Shown one piece after another: positions 1 to 10,967 of a stretch of 64,000 nucleotides of DNA; within the stretch, counting starts at the first letter, position 1; each line of letters opens with the position of its first letter. The position numbers and the translations under genes are program-made. Origin of the DNA: Saprolegnia diclina VS20 (lineage: Eukaryota); NCBI RefSeq assembly GCF_000281045.1, contig NW_008246125.1, positions 129,451-193,450 of the forward strand, written 5' to 3'. Under the pieces are notes generated by a model. It was not told where the DNA came from. It saw only the letters and a program-made list of their open reading frames with translations, and searched no databases.

Positions 1-1190
1 CCTTGGTTGAGTGCGCGAGGGCGGTGATCCCATCTGCGCACAAAACGTGCAGCGAGCTTTTGTGCCAGGACATGCGAACCTCTGCGCGGGCTCCTTGGAT
101 CGCTCATCTGCTGCATTGGGCGCCTGGTTGTTCCCATGTAACGTGAGATGGGTCGCTTCAGGCTCTGAGCAGTTGGAGCACCGTCATCAGATCGTCAAAG
201 TCGTTAATTATTACGGCTGCAAGGTCATTGCCTCGGTAGACAATGTGTAGAAGTGTCATCGTCAAGAAGGCAGACAGCAAGACCGTGCTACCCGAAGAAT
301 ACCAAGCCTGAATGGGTGCAATGCCCTGGACGAATGCGAAAACGTTGTGCTGCTGTCGTTTGAGATGGTAGCCCCGAAGTATGGCCCTCATGAGCTGTCT
401 GTAGAGTTACGGCGCAGCTTGCAGCTCATGCGATTGTCAATCAGCGCGAGTCGCAATATGGCAAGAACCAGCGCCCTAAACGCATAGCGTGACCTTCAAA
501 CGAGACTGTCGAGCAGACTGCGAATTCCGAGCTAATCTCCCAATCCAGTTTGTCGAACGAATCTAGCGCGTTGCTGTGATAGTGTTCTGGGTTTTCGACG
601 TTTGGACCTGCATTGCGCAACCCACGACCCTTCGACGCACCTCTTCGCGCGATCCTTCTACAAAACTAGTGTTCTATCGATGTCTAAGGTGCATTCTACG
701 CTACCAATACACCACTCTTGAATTCGCCAAGCTTAAATTACCACACTAATCCCAAGGCGAGAACAGATAGCACTGGTTTTGAGCAGCAGGCTGTCGTGGG
801 TGCGTCGACCTTCAGCACGTACAGCACTTGTCCGGCACGCTTCCGCTCTCCGTGCCGATAACATACTCGTAACACTGGGTATCCCACAACTCGATGTGCT
901 AGCATGGGTTTTCACTGCAGACCGAGCTGCAGCACCCAACGTGCAATGATGAGAGTGCGCAAGGCTTGCGGTACAATTCAGAACTGCAATCGTGAACCGA
1001 AAGAAAGACCGTTTCCGAGACGACGGTTCCTCATGCAGTGTCCAGCATGCCCCGCAGGTCCTCGCCTTGCGGCGCTGCCTTGCGCAATAGCAATTTAGTA
1101 TGCAGTGGCGTAAACCTTGGTCGGTCGCGCCACTCTGTGCAGGAGGGCGGCGAGAGACGCTATTTGATATCACCACTTCCAGCCGGCTCC

Positions 1191-1226
1191 GATTGGCTGC
1201 GAACCGCTGCGCTCGGCGCTGATTGG
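1191..1226. promoter_or_regulatory. Paired reverse CCAAT boxes (GATTGG x2, 30 bp apart)
   Basis: gattgg at 1191 and 1221, about 200 nt upstream of the MFS start codon. Similar pairs occur at 9974/10005 and 56372/56398. Confidence 0.45.
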
Positions 1227-1425
1227 CCATCACAATCCACACAGCTGGGGTGTTTAAAATCGACTGTCCATGAAACCAACATGTTCAACTGTTTTAAACA
1301 CCTTGAGCTTGATCATTGTAGTCAACCACGCTGTCGTAAGGTTGTGTTTACAACAGGCTGTTGGAAATTGGCAGGACTCTTGCCAGTTGCTCGTTCATTC
1401 TTCGTCGTCGCAGTCAGTGCCGCCG

Positions 1426-2982
1426 ATGACCCACCCCGTGGACGCGATCAAGGCCATCTTCGCCTTCCGGTGGAAGGGCCAGATGGTCGGGTACTGGGCG
1501 CTGTACCTCTCGCAAGGCGCGTTCCTCGGCTCGTTCGGCCCCGCGCTCCAAGAGATGTCGTCCAGTCGCGACTCGGTCGCCGACTATAACCCTGCTTTTG
1601 CGCTGCATGGCCTCGCCGCCATCGTCTCTGCGGGCTTCTTTGGCGACATCCTCATCCACAAGTGCCTCCTCTCGTCCTTTGGCCGGACGGGTTTGCACCT
1701 TCTCCTCGGCACGCTGGCGGTCCTCCTCGCCGCGTGGTACATCTGCATGCCGTATGTCAACCGCTACGGCGGCCACCAATGGGTCTCCTTCTACATGATC
1801 CTCAAGGGCTTCCTCATCGCCATCTCGAACGTCGTCATCAACAAGTGCGCGGCTTGGACCGTCCCGGACAACAATACGGTGCTCAAGCGCCGCGTTGTCA
1901 ACTCGCTCAACGGCGCCTTTGCGTGCGGCACGATCCTCGTACGACGAGACCATGGCGTTGATGCGGCCTTGTGAGCTCAACCTCGAACTATGCGTAGGGT
2001 CCGCTCATCGCGATTGTGGTGCGCATGACCAAGGCCGAGCTGCAGTATCTGTACGGCAGCCTCGGCGCGCTCTCGTTCTTTGCCGCGATCCTCATCTTTG
2101 CCACCGAGTGCCCGCACGAAGACGGCGAGGAGGCGGCATCGCTCCTCGGCTACAGCGAAGACCTCCTCTCGGTGCCGCCAACGCTCCCGAGTCCGATCAG
2201 CGGCGGCGTCTTCCTCCACGTCAGCGACGACCTCGGCGCCGCACGCATCAACGCGGGTACCTCGCTTTGTCGGCTACTGCTCTGCGGTGTCTCACCTTGC
2301 GTGTATAGACTCGTACGATCCCGAGAGCAACTTTATCGTGTTACTTGCAATGGTCATTGTGACCTTGTACACGGGCATCCAGGTGGGCCTCGCGGCGTTC
2401 CTCTTCCAGTACCTCGAGGTCGTCGTGCCACTCTCGCTCGGCTACCTCACGCACACGGTGTGCTGCTTCATCATGTTTCTCTTTTGGGGCGCGCTCGCCG
2501 TCTCGTACGCGATCTTTACGCGGTACTTCTTCCTCGGGTTGCGCCCGATCCACATTTTGCTGCTCACGATCCTCTGCGTTTTGAGCATCACCATGATGAC
2601 GTCCGGGCAGTTCTTCTTTGGCGCCGAGTACCGCGTGCACACGTTTACGATCGCGCTCGTGTGCTACGCCACGTTTATCTCGCCCCTCTTCACGGGCACA
2701 GTGCAGTCGCTCATCGACGTGGTGAGCGACGACCTCCTCGCGCGCGTGAGCTCGCTCCTCGTCTTTGGGTGCTTTTGCGGCGAGTCGTTTGTGCCGGTCC
2801 TCATGGGCTTCTTCATGGGCAACTACTCGGGCTCGGCGTTTGGCCCCGAGGCCATTGTCTACATCACCTTTGTCATGACGGTCATGATGATGTTCGTGTC
2901 CGGGCTCCTCTACTACAAGGGCACGGAGCGTCTCGCCAAGAAGACGGCGGCGGCCAATGCGGCGGACCCGTCCATGTCCTGA
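1426..2982 (+). CDS. Major facilitator superfamily transporter (MFSD4/fucose-permease-like), 3 exons
   Basis: ATG 1426 (MTHPVDAIKAIF). GT-AG introns 1939-1997 and 2257-2308 join ORFs 1270, 2016 and 2080 in frame. About 12 hydrophobic segments. Motifs LSQGAFLGSFGPALQEM, NSLNGAFACGTILGPLI and GESFVPVLMG are MFS-like. Confidence 0.75.
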
Positions 2983-3255
2983 GCCCACGATTAGCAGAGA
3001 CTCGTTGATCTAGTAACACACTTTCTGATGCTCTTGCGGTGCAGCGCGTTGCGTCCACACCACACACGACAACCCGTCCATTCGAGAGGACGATTCACGC
3101 TGACTCTGATCGACGTAACTTGTGGCTAGTAGGCCAGTCGACGCTCGAAGGGATTAGGGTACAGAGTCCACCGCTATTTACGCCTGTGTCGACCCCGCTG
3201 CGAAAATGGACAGTGTACACATCTAGGAGCCCTGGGGTATATATATACTACATAT

Positions 3256-5151
3256 TTATGAGGTCGTCTCGGCGTCTGAGTTTGGGGGCAATGCGGCATC
3301 GGCATCGGCGAGCAACCTACGCGCACAGAAGCATGAGCTTGGAGCGCGCAACGTGGTCGCACCGGTCAAATTCGTCCGGAGCGATCGTGAGCATGGACGC
3401 ATCGAGCACCAAGATGAACTCGATCGCGCTCCGAAGGTTCACAAAGCAGTAGCCCGCCCTAAGACTACCGTCAGCATACGACGGACATTCACTTAACGTA
3501 CTTGGACATGAGATCGGCCGGGTGGCGGTACGCTGCAATGTACTCGGCGTTCGAGTAGAGACCCGGGATCTGCGAGTGGAGCACAATGTAAATAAAGACG
3601 GGCAAAAAGTCGTCGGCCCCTATCCGAGGTGCTGCTAAGCGTCATGGCCGTCGTTCACGTCAACGCACCAGGGCGGTTGAGCGCGTCGTCGCCGCGCGAG
3701 AGGTTGAGGACGCTGAAGATGATGCTGCAGCAGCGTACGATGCAGTGGATCTTGTCGCCGGGCGACCGGACGGCGTTCATGCGCCGGAGCTCGTCCGTCG
3801 CAATGGACCACACGACCTCGTTGCGCATGCACGGCTTGATGTCGAGCATATCGGGCGTCACAAACTACGTACGCTATATAGTGAATCCTTTGGTAGCACG
3901 ACGTGAGGTGCACCGAGAGCAACTGCATGCGGCGCCAGAGCACCGCGTCTTCTTGACGCCACTCGCGACTGCGCGGGAGCTGCGTCAGCGGAATGTCGGC
4001 GAGCTTGTCCATGACGTATTTCTCAATGCCGTCGCGCGCCGCCACGAGCGTCGACTCGGGTGCGTGGCGCCACGCCGGGTGCTTCGCAAGCAGCTCGTCC
4101 ATGCCGCGGAAGAAGCCTTCGCAGCGCGCTTGAAAGTTGGTGTTGCCGCAGAACGGGTAGTCGACAAAGTGGCTCGACGTCGGCGGCCTACGCACATAAG
4201 ATTTGCTGACAAGTCATTGGCGAAAGCAGCGTACTGGCCGTCACCGCGCGGTCCTAGGATCGAGCCCAAGAAGCGGCGGATGTGGTCGACGAGATCGCGG
4301 GACCCAGGCAGGCTCAGGCGCTCGAGAAATCCATTGTACGTGAGCTCTTCGACCGGCTCACCTTGCGCCTCCTAGTTATGCGGTGAGTCATTGGCACGAC
4401 GTAAGACAATAACTACCGCCGTCGGTGCCGTGTGGTCCTCCTCGTCGTCAGTGAAGAGCGGGTCCGAGTCGCGCCGCGGACTACTTGTTTCGAGGAGGCC
4501 AAAGTCGCTGACGCTGAGGCGGCCGCTTTTGCGCCGCAGAAACCCCGTGGCCGCGAGGTGCGAGAGCGACGAGGCCTCGGGCGTCGTCGCGCTGCCGTCG
4601 AAATTGTTGTTGGACGGTGCGTACAAGAGCTGGTCCAGCGCCGAGTTGAGCAGCGCGAGGTCGTGGCGGCCACTGCTGCCGGGGTTTTGCTCTTGGAGCG
4701 CGGCGACGACGGGCGCAACGTCGAGGCCCTCAAAGCCCATCGAGTCCAAGTGAGCCTGGAGCATCTCGTGCGCCGTACGCCCCATCTTCTTTTGCGCCGT
4801 GAGCAGCAAGCACGACTCGCGAATCGCCGAATACTGCTCGAGCGCTTGCGTCGCATTGGGCGCGCCCGTTGTCGCGTAAATGGCGGCGATCGCTTCGTCC
4901 TGCTGCTCGACCGCAGTCAGCAAGAGCTCGTAGCGCTCGCGGAGCGCCGTCAGCTCCATATCGCGGGCCTTGAGCGCCCCTTGGAGATCGTCGCGTTCCT
5001 TGCGCAGGAGGTAGACCTCCTTGGCCAGCGCTTCATGGGCATCGTCCACAGGTGGCTCGTCGTCTTGGTTGCTGCGGTAGCTGCTGTCGTCCTCGCAGAC
5101 GACCTTGCAGAGCCGCATGATTGCATCGTTTCCGACGGCGTTCTCCGCCAT
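3256..5151 (-). CDS. VPS9-domain Rab5 guanine exchange factor with N-terminal coiled coil, multi-exon
   Basis: Spliced exons give GIEKYVMDKL, ELRRMNAVRSPGDKIHCIVRCC, GADDFLPVFIYIVL and AGYCFVNLRSAIEFI, which are hallmark VPS9 motifs. ATG 5151 (MAENAVG). Last exon ends ...DAETTS* at 3256. Confidence 0.9.
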
Positions 5152-5488
5152 GTTCACTTTTCGGAATCTATCCGTTGGGTATCCGGGGCGACATCGATAT
5201 TCGATATTCGAACCCGAAGCTTCTACTTCCAGCAGAAAAACAGTCGAGCGACCAAGAGCTCTTCGACCGACTACGAGCTGCGCGACCGACTGCTGAGGAG
5301 CACAGCTTTACGCCATGCTGCCCTCGCAAGGGCCAAGCAATGTACATAGTAGGAGGACGCTTCAGCCCGGTCGTGCGATGGGTATGGTCAGCCTAGACTC
5401 AAGCTCGATGGCCAGCACTGCCTCCCGCCGTCGTAGCGCTTGGATACCTGCATATGGAAGAGGAGGTTCTATTGCATACACCAAGACT

Positions 5489-5935
5489 CTACGGACGCGA
5501 CGCCGGCGGCTCCGACCCGATGGCAAATGTGTTGGGCAGGAAGACTGCTGCGCCCGCGGCGCCGCCCTTCCAGCCAAGCATCGGCGCGTCCACGAGCATG
5601 CCTTCCGACTTGCGCCCACCAACGGTCGCCTTCTTGACTTCGACCTCTTCGCCGTCGATGGTCACGGTCGAGCCGATCGTGGCCACGACGATGTGGCGCT
5701 CTTCGCCCGCGTCCACGCGCGCGTTCGTGACGATCGTCAGCTCGGTTGTGGCGTCGACCTGCACCTTGACCGCTCGGAGCTTCGTCTTGGGGATGGCTTC
5801 GACGGCGACAACGCGCGCGACCTTGTAGCCAGCGTACGGAGAGGCCGTGGGGCGCGGGTTCTCGCAGGCGACGCACTCGGCGTCGTCGCCCGTGTTCTCT
5901 TGCTCGCACTCGTCGCAGACCCAGTCGCTTGGCAT
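5489..5935 (-). CDS. RanBP2-type zinc finger fused to a tRNA-binding OB domain (Trbp111/PheT-B2-like)
   Basis: Exact W-x-C-x2-C-x3-N-x6-C-x2-C (WVCDECEQENTGDDAECVAC), followed by VARVVAVEAIP..KL..VQVD..TIVTNA..VVATIG..KKATVGGRKSEGML, typical of TRBD. Single exon. Confidence 0.85.
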   Translation of the reverse strand: MPSDWVCDECEQENTGDDAECVACENPRPTASPYAGYKVARVVAVEAIPKTKLRAVKVQVDATTELTIVTNARVDAGEERHIVVATIGSTVTIDGEEVEVKKATVGGRKSEGMLVDAPMLGWKGGAAGAAVFLPNTFAIGSEPPASRP

Positions 5936-6269
5936 GGTTTTCGCTTCTGCCACGACCTTGGGCAGTATTTTCACCCTATTTCTTATTTTTCACACTTGGA
6001 AATAGTGTGTTATGGTCCACCGCCGACGCGTATGCTTGACGCGTATGCTATTCCTGCCCCTTGCAAAAGACATCCACATAAGTAAGTATACGCGGGATCG
6101 GAGCTCGGTCGATGCAGTATCAGTACTGCAGGACCTGTTGAGCGCAAATCTGAGAGGGAGGCGCCAATGCTATTTTCTGGAGTTCTTATTTAGTGTTGGT
6201 CATCTCTTGTAAGTGCGAGTGAAAATTAAGTTAGGTGCGCATTTCGGATACAATTGGCGAGGAAGAGCC

Positions 6270-6957
6270 ATGACGATGGACTTGGCCCAGGTGAGCCGCG
6301 ATGTGGAGGCCGTCACGAAGGCCGTCGGCCTGCTGCATGAAGAGCTGCTACTGCTGCGCAAGATCATCTACAAGAACACGAGCCAGCACCGTAGAGCGCA
6401 GTACTTTCAGTACCTCGTCCAGGTATGCTAACGCACCAGCACGGCAGCCTTCATTGTACGACTAGGTCAAGCGTACGCATCGCACGCTCAAGAAGGACGA
6501 GCTCCAAGCGCTTGTTGCCAAGATCCAGAGCCTCTTGGCGACGCTGCAGGTCAAAGAAGGCTTGCACCACGTGGCGTGGAAGGTGCTCAACGGCGAGGTC
6601 AAGACAGACCTGGACGACGCATTGCGGCAGCTGCAGGCCCACATCCAGACGATTGTGAGCGCGATGGAGGCCGAGAAGAAGGCGTACCGCGCACTCGCAG
6701 CGCAGTTTGCCATGACGTTCTTCATTCCATTCTGCGTCGTCGCCAACAGTCTCCTCGCGCGGCTCTACGTGCTGCAGCAAACGATCTTGATCCGCTTCAT
6801 CCAGGCGCACCACTGCCTCACGCTCGGATACCTCGCCCAAGTAGCGCTCGCCAACCCACTGCGCGCTGGCACGACTGCGGTCCAGCTCTCGGGCTACGCT
6901 GTGCCCCGCCACGCGCTCACGTACTGCGACGCGCCCGGCCTGAGCTCCGAGGCCTAA
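6270..6957 (+). CDS. NEPRO/Rmp1-like (DUF4477) RNase MRP-associated protein, 2 exons
   Basis: ELLLLRKIIYKNTSQHRRAQYFQYLVQVKR and FFIPFCVVANSLLARLYVL resemble the conserved NEPRO N-terminal/Rmp1 motifs. An intron at ~6423-6465 joins ORFs 6213 and 6535. Confidence 0.7.
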
Positions 6958-7130
6958 CTTAATACGAAATGATTGCGCCGCTTGGCTTGCTCGATGGGGT
7001 ATTGTCATTCACTTGTCAAGAGATAGCAATGGGCGCTGGGATACATCTATGAATTGCTTGGCTGGGTTTGCTCCTCAAAGCTACTATCCAGATAGGCTCT
7101 TGCCTTGAATTGGATAATGGACGAAATATC

Positions 7131-8405
7131 CTAGCCTTGGCGCCAGTCGACAAACTGCTGTACATCGAGCCGCGGCGCCTCGAGCTGCGATAGATTGCGC
7201 CAGTACGCATCTGGCATGGCATGCGTCGACGCCAGCCACGCCTTGTACTGCGCTCTCGTCGCCGGACGATGACCTTGGTTGGCTGCGATTGCGCTCGGGT
7301 CGATCGCTTCTGCCATTTCGTTGGCAAACCCCACGGGACGCCGGTCTTTTGTAAAGTACTGCGAGTTGAACCACCGAGCGCGAACGCGCGTCTTCTGAGG
7401 CGCTATCGCCTCGGCCACGTACCTATCAAGTGCGCTTGAACGAGCGATTTGCTGTTTGCGTGTACCAAAAGAGGCGGTGGCGGTAGTACTCGTCGCGGAA
7501 AAGCGTCGGGTCGTCAATGACGTTGCTCAAGACAAACACGACGCGCGTTGCTTCGTGGAAGATGCGGCCGACGAGGTTGATGGCTTCGCCGTCGTTGAGC
7601 ACCGCGCGGCGGTAGCACATGTGGCCTGGCGCAATGGAATCCAAAAGCTACACACTGTACAGCACACGGCACGACGAGTCCTAGTACCTCTTGGTCGAGA
7701 AAGCAGACGGACTGCCGTTGCGGGCACACGGCCACGAGCGGAAATGGAAGCTTCGTCGCAACGTCGTGCAGTGGCCGGTCATAGCATCGCTGGAAGCTCC
7801 AGCACGCATGGACGCACCCTGCGTCATCACTATCGATAGCGTCTTCGTCGTTCTCGTCGTAGATTGAAAATGCGTTCAAAAAGCCACTCGCGACTGGAAA
7901 GGGCGGGGTCGACAGCGCGCGGTCCGTGTCGATGTACAGGCGCTTTGTGAGCCAGTCAAAGCTGGCTTGCCGCGCCGCGCCGTCGCCCAAGACACTTGTG
8001 TATGCCGCAGTCCGCCGCTAGGAAATCGCATTAACAACAGCGAGAGGCGACGGGGCTCGCACGCACAGGCGTCCTCGGAAGCAGCGTCGCGATCCATTTG
8101 GCCATGGCTTGTACAAGCACGAGGTTGGCAGCGCGGTGCTCCTTGAGGCGACCGTTCTCGTCGGACGCGTCCGTCGCAGATGTTGCCAATGCATCGGCCA
8201 CCTCGTGCCATGATAGCGGCTGAAGGGCGTCTTTCTGCGTGCGCAGCGCAATGCGTTCAGCGCGGCGGCGGGCGCGAAACCGAGCTTGATTGGCTCGGTT
8301 CTGGAGGCGCGCGCGGGCTTGTCGGTCCAAGCCCTCCATGAGAGCAGCGATGTCAACCGGAAGCAGATCGACACCACTGCCATCTTCCGTCTCAGTGGTC
8401 ATCAT
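7131..8405 (-). CDS. bZIP-like basic region plus START-like C-terminal domain (expanded Saprolegniales-type family), 4 exons
   Basis: Basic motif RLQNRANQARFRARRRAE, then LSWHEVADAL and ARQASFDWLTKRLY. Three GT-AG introns join ORFs 8031, 7514, 7426 and 7131 without frameshift. Confidence 0.65.
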
Positions 8406-8636
8406 CTTCGTAGACGGCACTGCAATTAGCTCGACTGTCTTCGTCTGCTGATGGCGAATGGCAATGAGGAGTGTGTGTGATGCAAAGCCAGAGTGATGCT
8501 AGTTTGTCTCATAAAGCCGCAAACGATGGCGGCAGAGCGCGAGGAACACTTAGCGACCCCCGTGAGTCTTGTGGAGGGAACGTCGATGGAGGGGCTTGAT
8601 ACTGCCCATCTTGCGGTATATAGACACATGCCAACG

Positions 8637-9708
8637 TCACGACATGAGTCGTAGGATGCATGAGTCGTAGGAGCTGTCGTAGGCTGTCCCACGACCTACA
8701 TCGTCCACCAAGTTAGCCGAGGCTGGGTTACGACGAGTCGCACAGACCAACGGTCTCGGGAAACCAAGTATGGGGCGATGCCAAACGACAATGTCTTGAA
8801 CGACAAGGTTGCGCGACGTTGCCTTCGCTGCCAGTGGCGCCCAGGTCGGGTCGAGCCACAGCGTGACGCCGGTGCAGGTGGTGAGTGCATCGAGCGGAGC
8901 CAACGTAGCCGTCCTTGCCAATGTAGTTTTGCGTCAGGTCGAGGCGACAACCCGTGGGGCTGCTGGCGCCATAAAGCGCCGCCGCCAGTGACAAAGCATT
9001 TTGTTGCCGATCGCGTTGTTGACGAGTTCCAACCTCCGAGTGCCTTGTCCGATCCACTGGCTCCCAAACGTATGGAAGCGTCGACAATTGCACATTTTTC
9101 TTTCGTGTTATTGCGCCACGTCAGAGTCTCGAGCACCGGCGAGCGGGAGATGAAAGGGACGAGCGCATTCAGCCAAACGACGAAAACCCCCACGTTGATG
9201 AACGCAACGTGCCGTAGCGCAGTCGCAAACGACGCCGGCGGTGACTCGACGTGCACAATGTGCGCACTGCAGATCTCGAGCTCTTGGAGCATGGACGGGC
9301 GGGCCGAAGCCAAGATTGCAGCAGCTCGGCCCAGTCGACCTCATCGTCGTCGCGGTAGGCCATCGCAATGTCAAGGTGACAAACACAGTGTGCCACTGAC
9401 GTCACGGCAGCGACCAAAGCCTTGTCGTACATCTTGTGCCTCCACAAGTACGGGTCGTCAACTTGAAGCGCGGAGAACACCGGCATCGCGTTCAGCACCT
9501 GACTTTTCGCAAACGCGACGACAGAGTCGGGTCTCAAGAGAGGCCAAAGCGAATTCAGCGCCTGTTTGTAGTCTTGGTGCATCGCCGCACCTCGCGACGT
9601 TTTGACCTTTTTCTCGGCCTTTGGCACGCTGCCCCAGCCGCTGACTGCGCCAAAACATGCGCGACGTTCTTGCTGCTCATCGATCGACGGTCGCGGAGGT
9701 AAAACCAA
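8637..9708 (-). pseudogene. Degenerate LRR (RNI-like) family gene, frameshifted
   Basis: Protein-like fragments in successive frames (SLWPLLR..., LQELEI..., LETLTW..., LAAALY..CRLDLTQNYIGKDG, LAPLDALTTC). Frame changes are not explained by obvious introns, and no clear start codon is present. Confidence 0.4.
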
Positions 9709-10059
9709 AAAAGGAGTGCAGCAATCGCAGCGGGATATTCCGAGTCATCAAACGTGAAAACGACAGGTCCAATTGCACCCTCTCATGTATCTGAACGCGT
9801 CGGCCTATAAAAAGCAATGTCGAGTGTCAATGGATGCGCAGAGGTGTGGGTAGACCGGCACCATTTTGCGCTGAGCAATAACCCGCCCAAGGACTAGCAG
9901 AGGTGTTGACGGGCGCGCAGCTGTAGCGTCGCCTGACGACGGTGCGCTTCGAAAGATCTGGCAACTGCTCAGTGATTGGTCGTTCGAAAAAGATTCTGCA
10001 TTTTCATTGGCTACTATTACTACCGGCTTTCACCGTTGCTGGCAACTTTGCATTTGGAT

Positions 10060-10815
10060 ATGGTCGAGACCAAGCTCGTGGTCGCTGGCGCCCTCGCGGT
10101 CCCGACGCTCTACTTCGCCTCGGTGCTTCTCCCCGCGATCGCCTCCGTCTCGCTCTCGGAAGGCTGGAACCACATCCTTGCCAACGTCTGGGCGACGAGC
10201 GGCCTCCTCGACTACGTCATCGGTCTGCTTTTCGCGGCGCCGTACTTTTGGCTGCGATCGCCCAACCTCCCGACCAAGCTTGTGGTAGTCGCCGGCGTCT
10301 GCTTCCTCGGCAATGTCTTTAGCGTCGCCGTCTTCATCGCGTACATCGTCCGCGGCCATGGCACGCTGCGCGAAGCGATTCTGCCGCTGCGCAAAGCGTC
10401 GCCGCCGATCGAGAGCGCGGCGCCGTCCCGCCTCGCGTTCATCGTCGCAACATTCACATCGATGGTCTTCTTTGTTGGCTACTGCCTCTACTGCGTGAGC
10501 GTGCAGCCCATCTCGGTCGGCTGGGCATACATCAAGGCCGATACATGGTCCTACGTGACGGTGATTGACGTCTGGACCGGCATTTGCATGGTCGTGACGT
10601 ACGTCGTCGTGCGCGAGTTCCACGACGCCAAGCTCTTTTGCTCGCTCCTCGTTGTCGCGCTCATCTTTCTTGGCAACGGCGCGACGTGCTTCTACCTCTT
10701 GTACTTGGCGCTCGTTCGATTCCCTCGAGGAAGTCTCCGCGACATTTTCCTCCTCAACGAACACGTCCTCTCGGAAGACGCGCCGCTGAAGCGCCCGGAG
10801 GTCTCTTTAAGCTAG
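10060..10815 (+). CDS. Integral membrane protein with two tandem DUF1475-like repeats
   Basis: Internal duplication W..ILANVWATSGLLDYVIG...FLGNVFSV versus W.YIKADTWSYVTVIDVWTG...FLGNGATCFYL. About 8 TM segments. Single exon. Confidence 0.75.
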   Translation: MVETKLVVAGALAVPTLYFASVLLPAIASVSLSEGWNHILANVWATSGLLDYVIGLLFAAPYFWLRSPNLPTKLVVVAGVCFLGNVFSVAVFIAYIVRGHGTLREAILPLRKASPPIESAAPSRLAFIVATFTSMVFFVGYCLYCVSVQPISVGWAYIKADTWSYVTVIDVWTGICMVVTYVVVREFHDAKLFCSLLVVALIFLGNGATCFYLLYLALVRFPRGSLRDIFLLNEHVLSEDAPLKRPEVSLS

Positions 10816-10967
10816 GTTATATCCCTCTGTCTTCAGCGGATTCACGATAGTTATATAGCTCCCAGCATGAATCGGAAGGCTGGGCTCTGAAGACGTCAAG
10901 TCTCGTTCGACGAAAATACATGTAACTATGTAACTTGAGAAGCACTCAATACACAAGGCGACGAACT

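Noticed and set aside
1..1200. Possible gene or transposon relic at the window start
   Set aside because: Only short ORFs with no recognisable domain, terminal repeats or codon bias.
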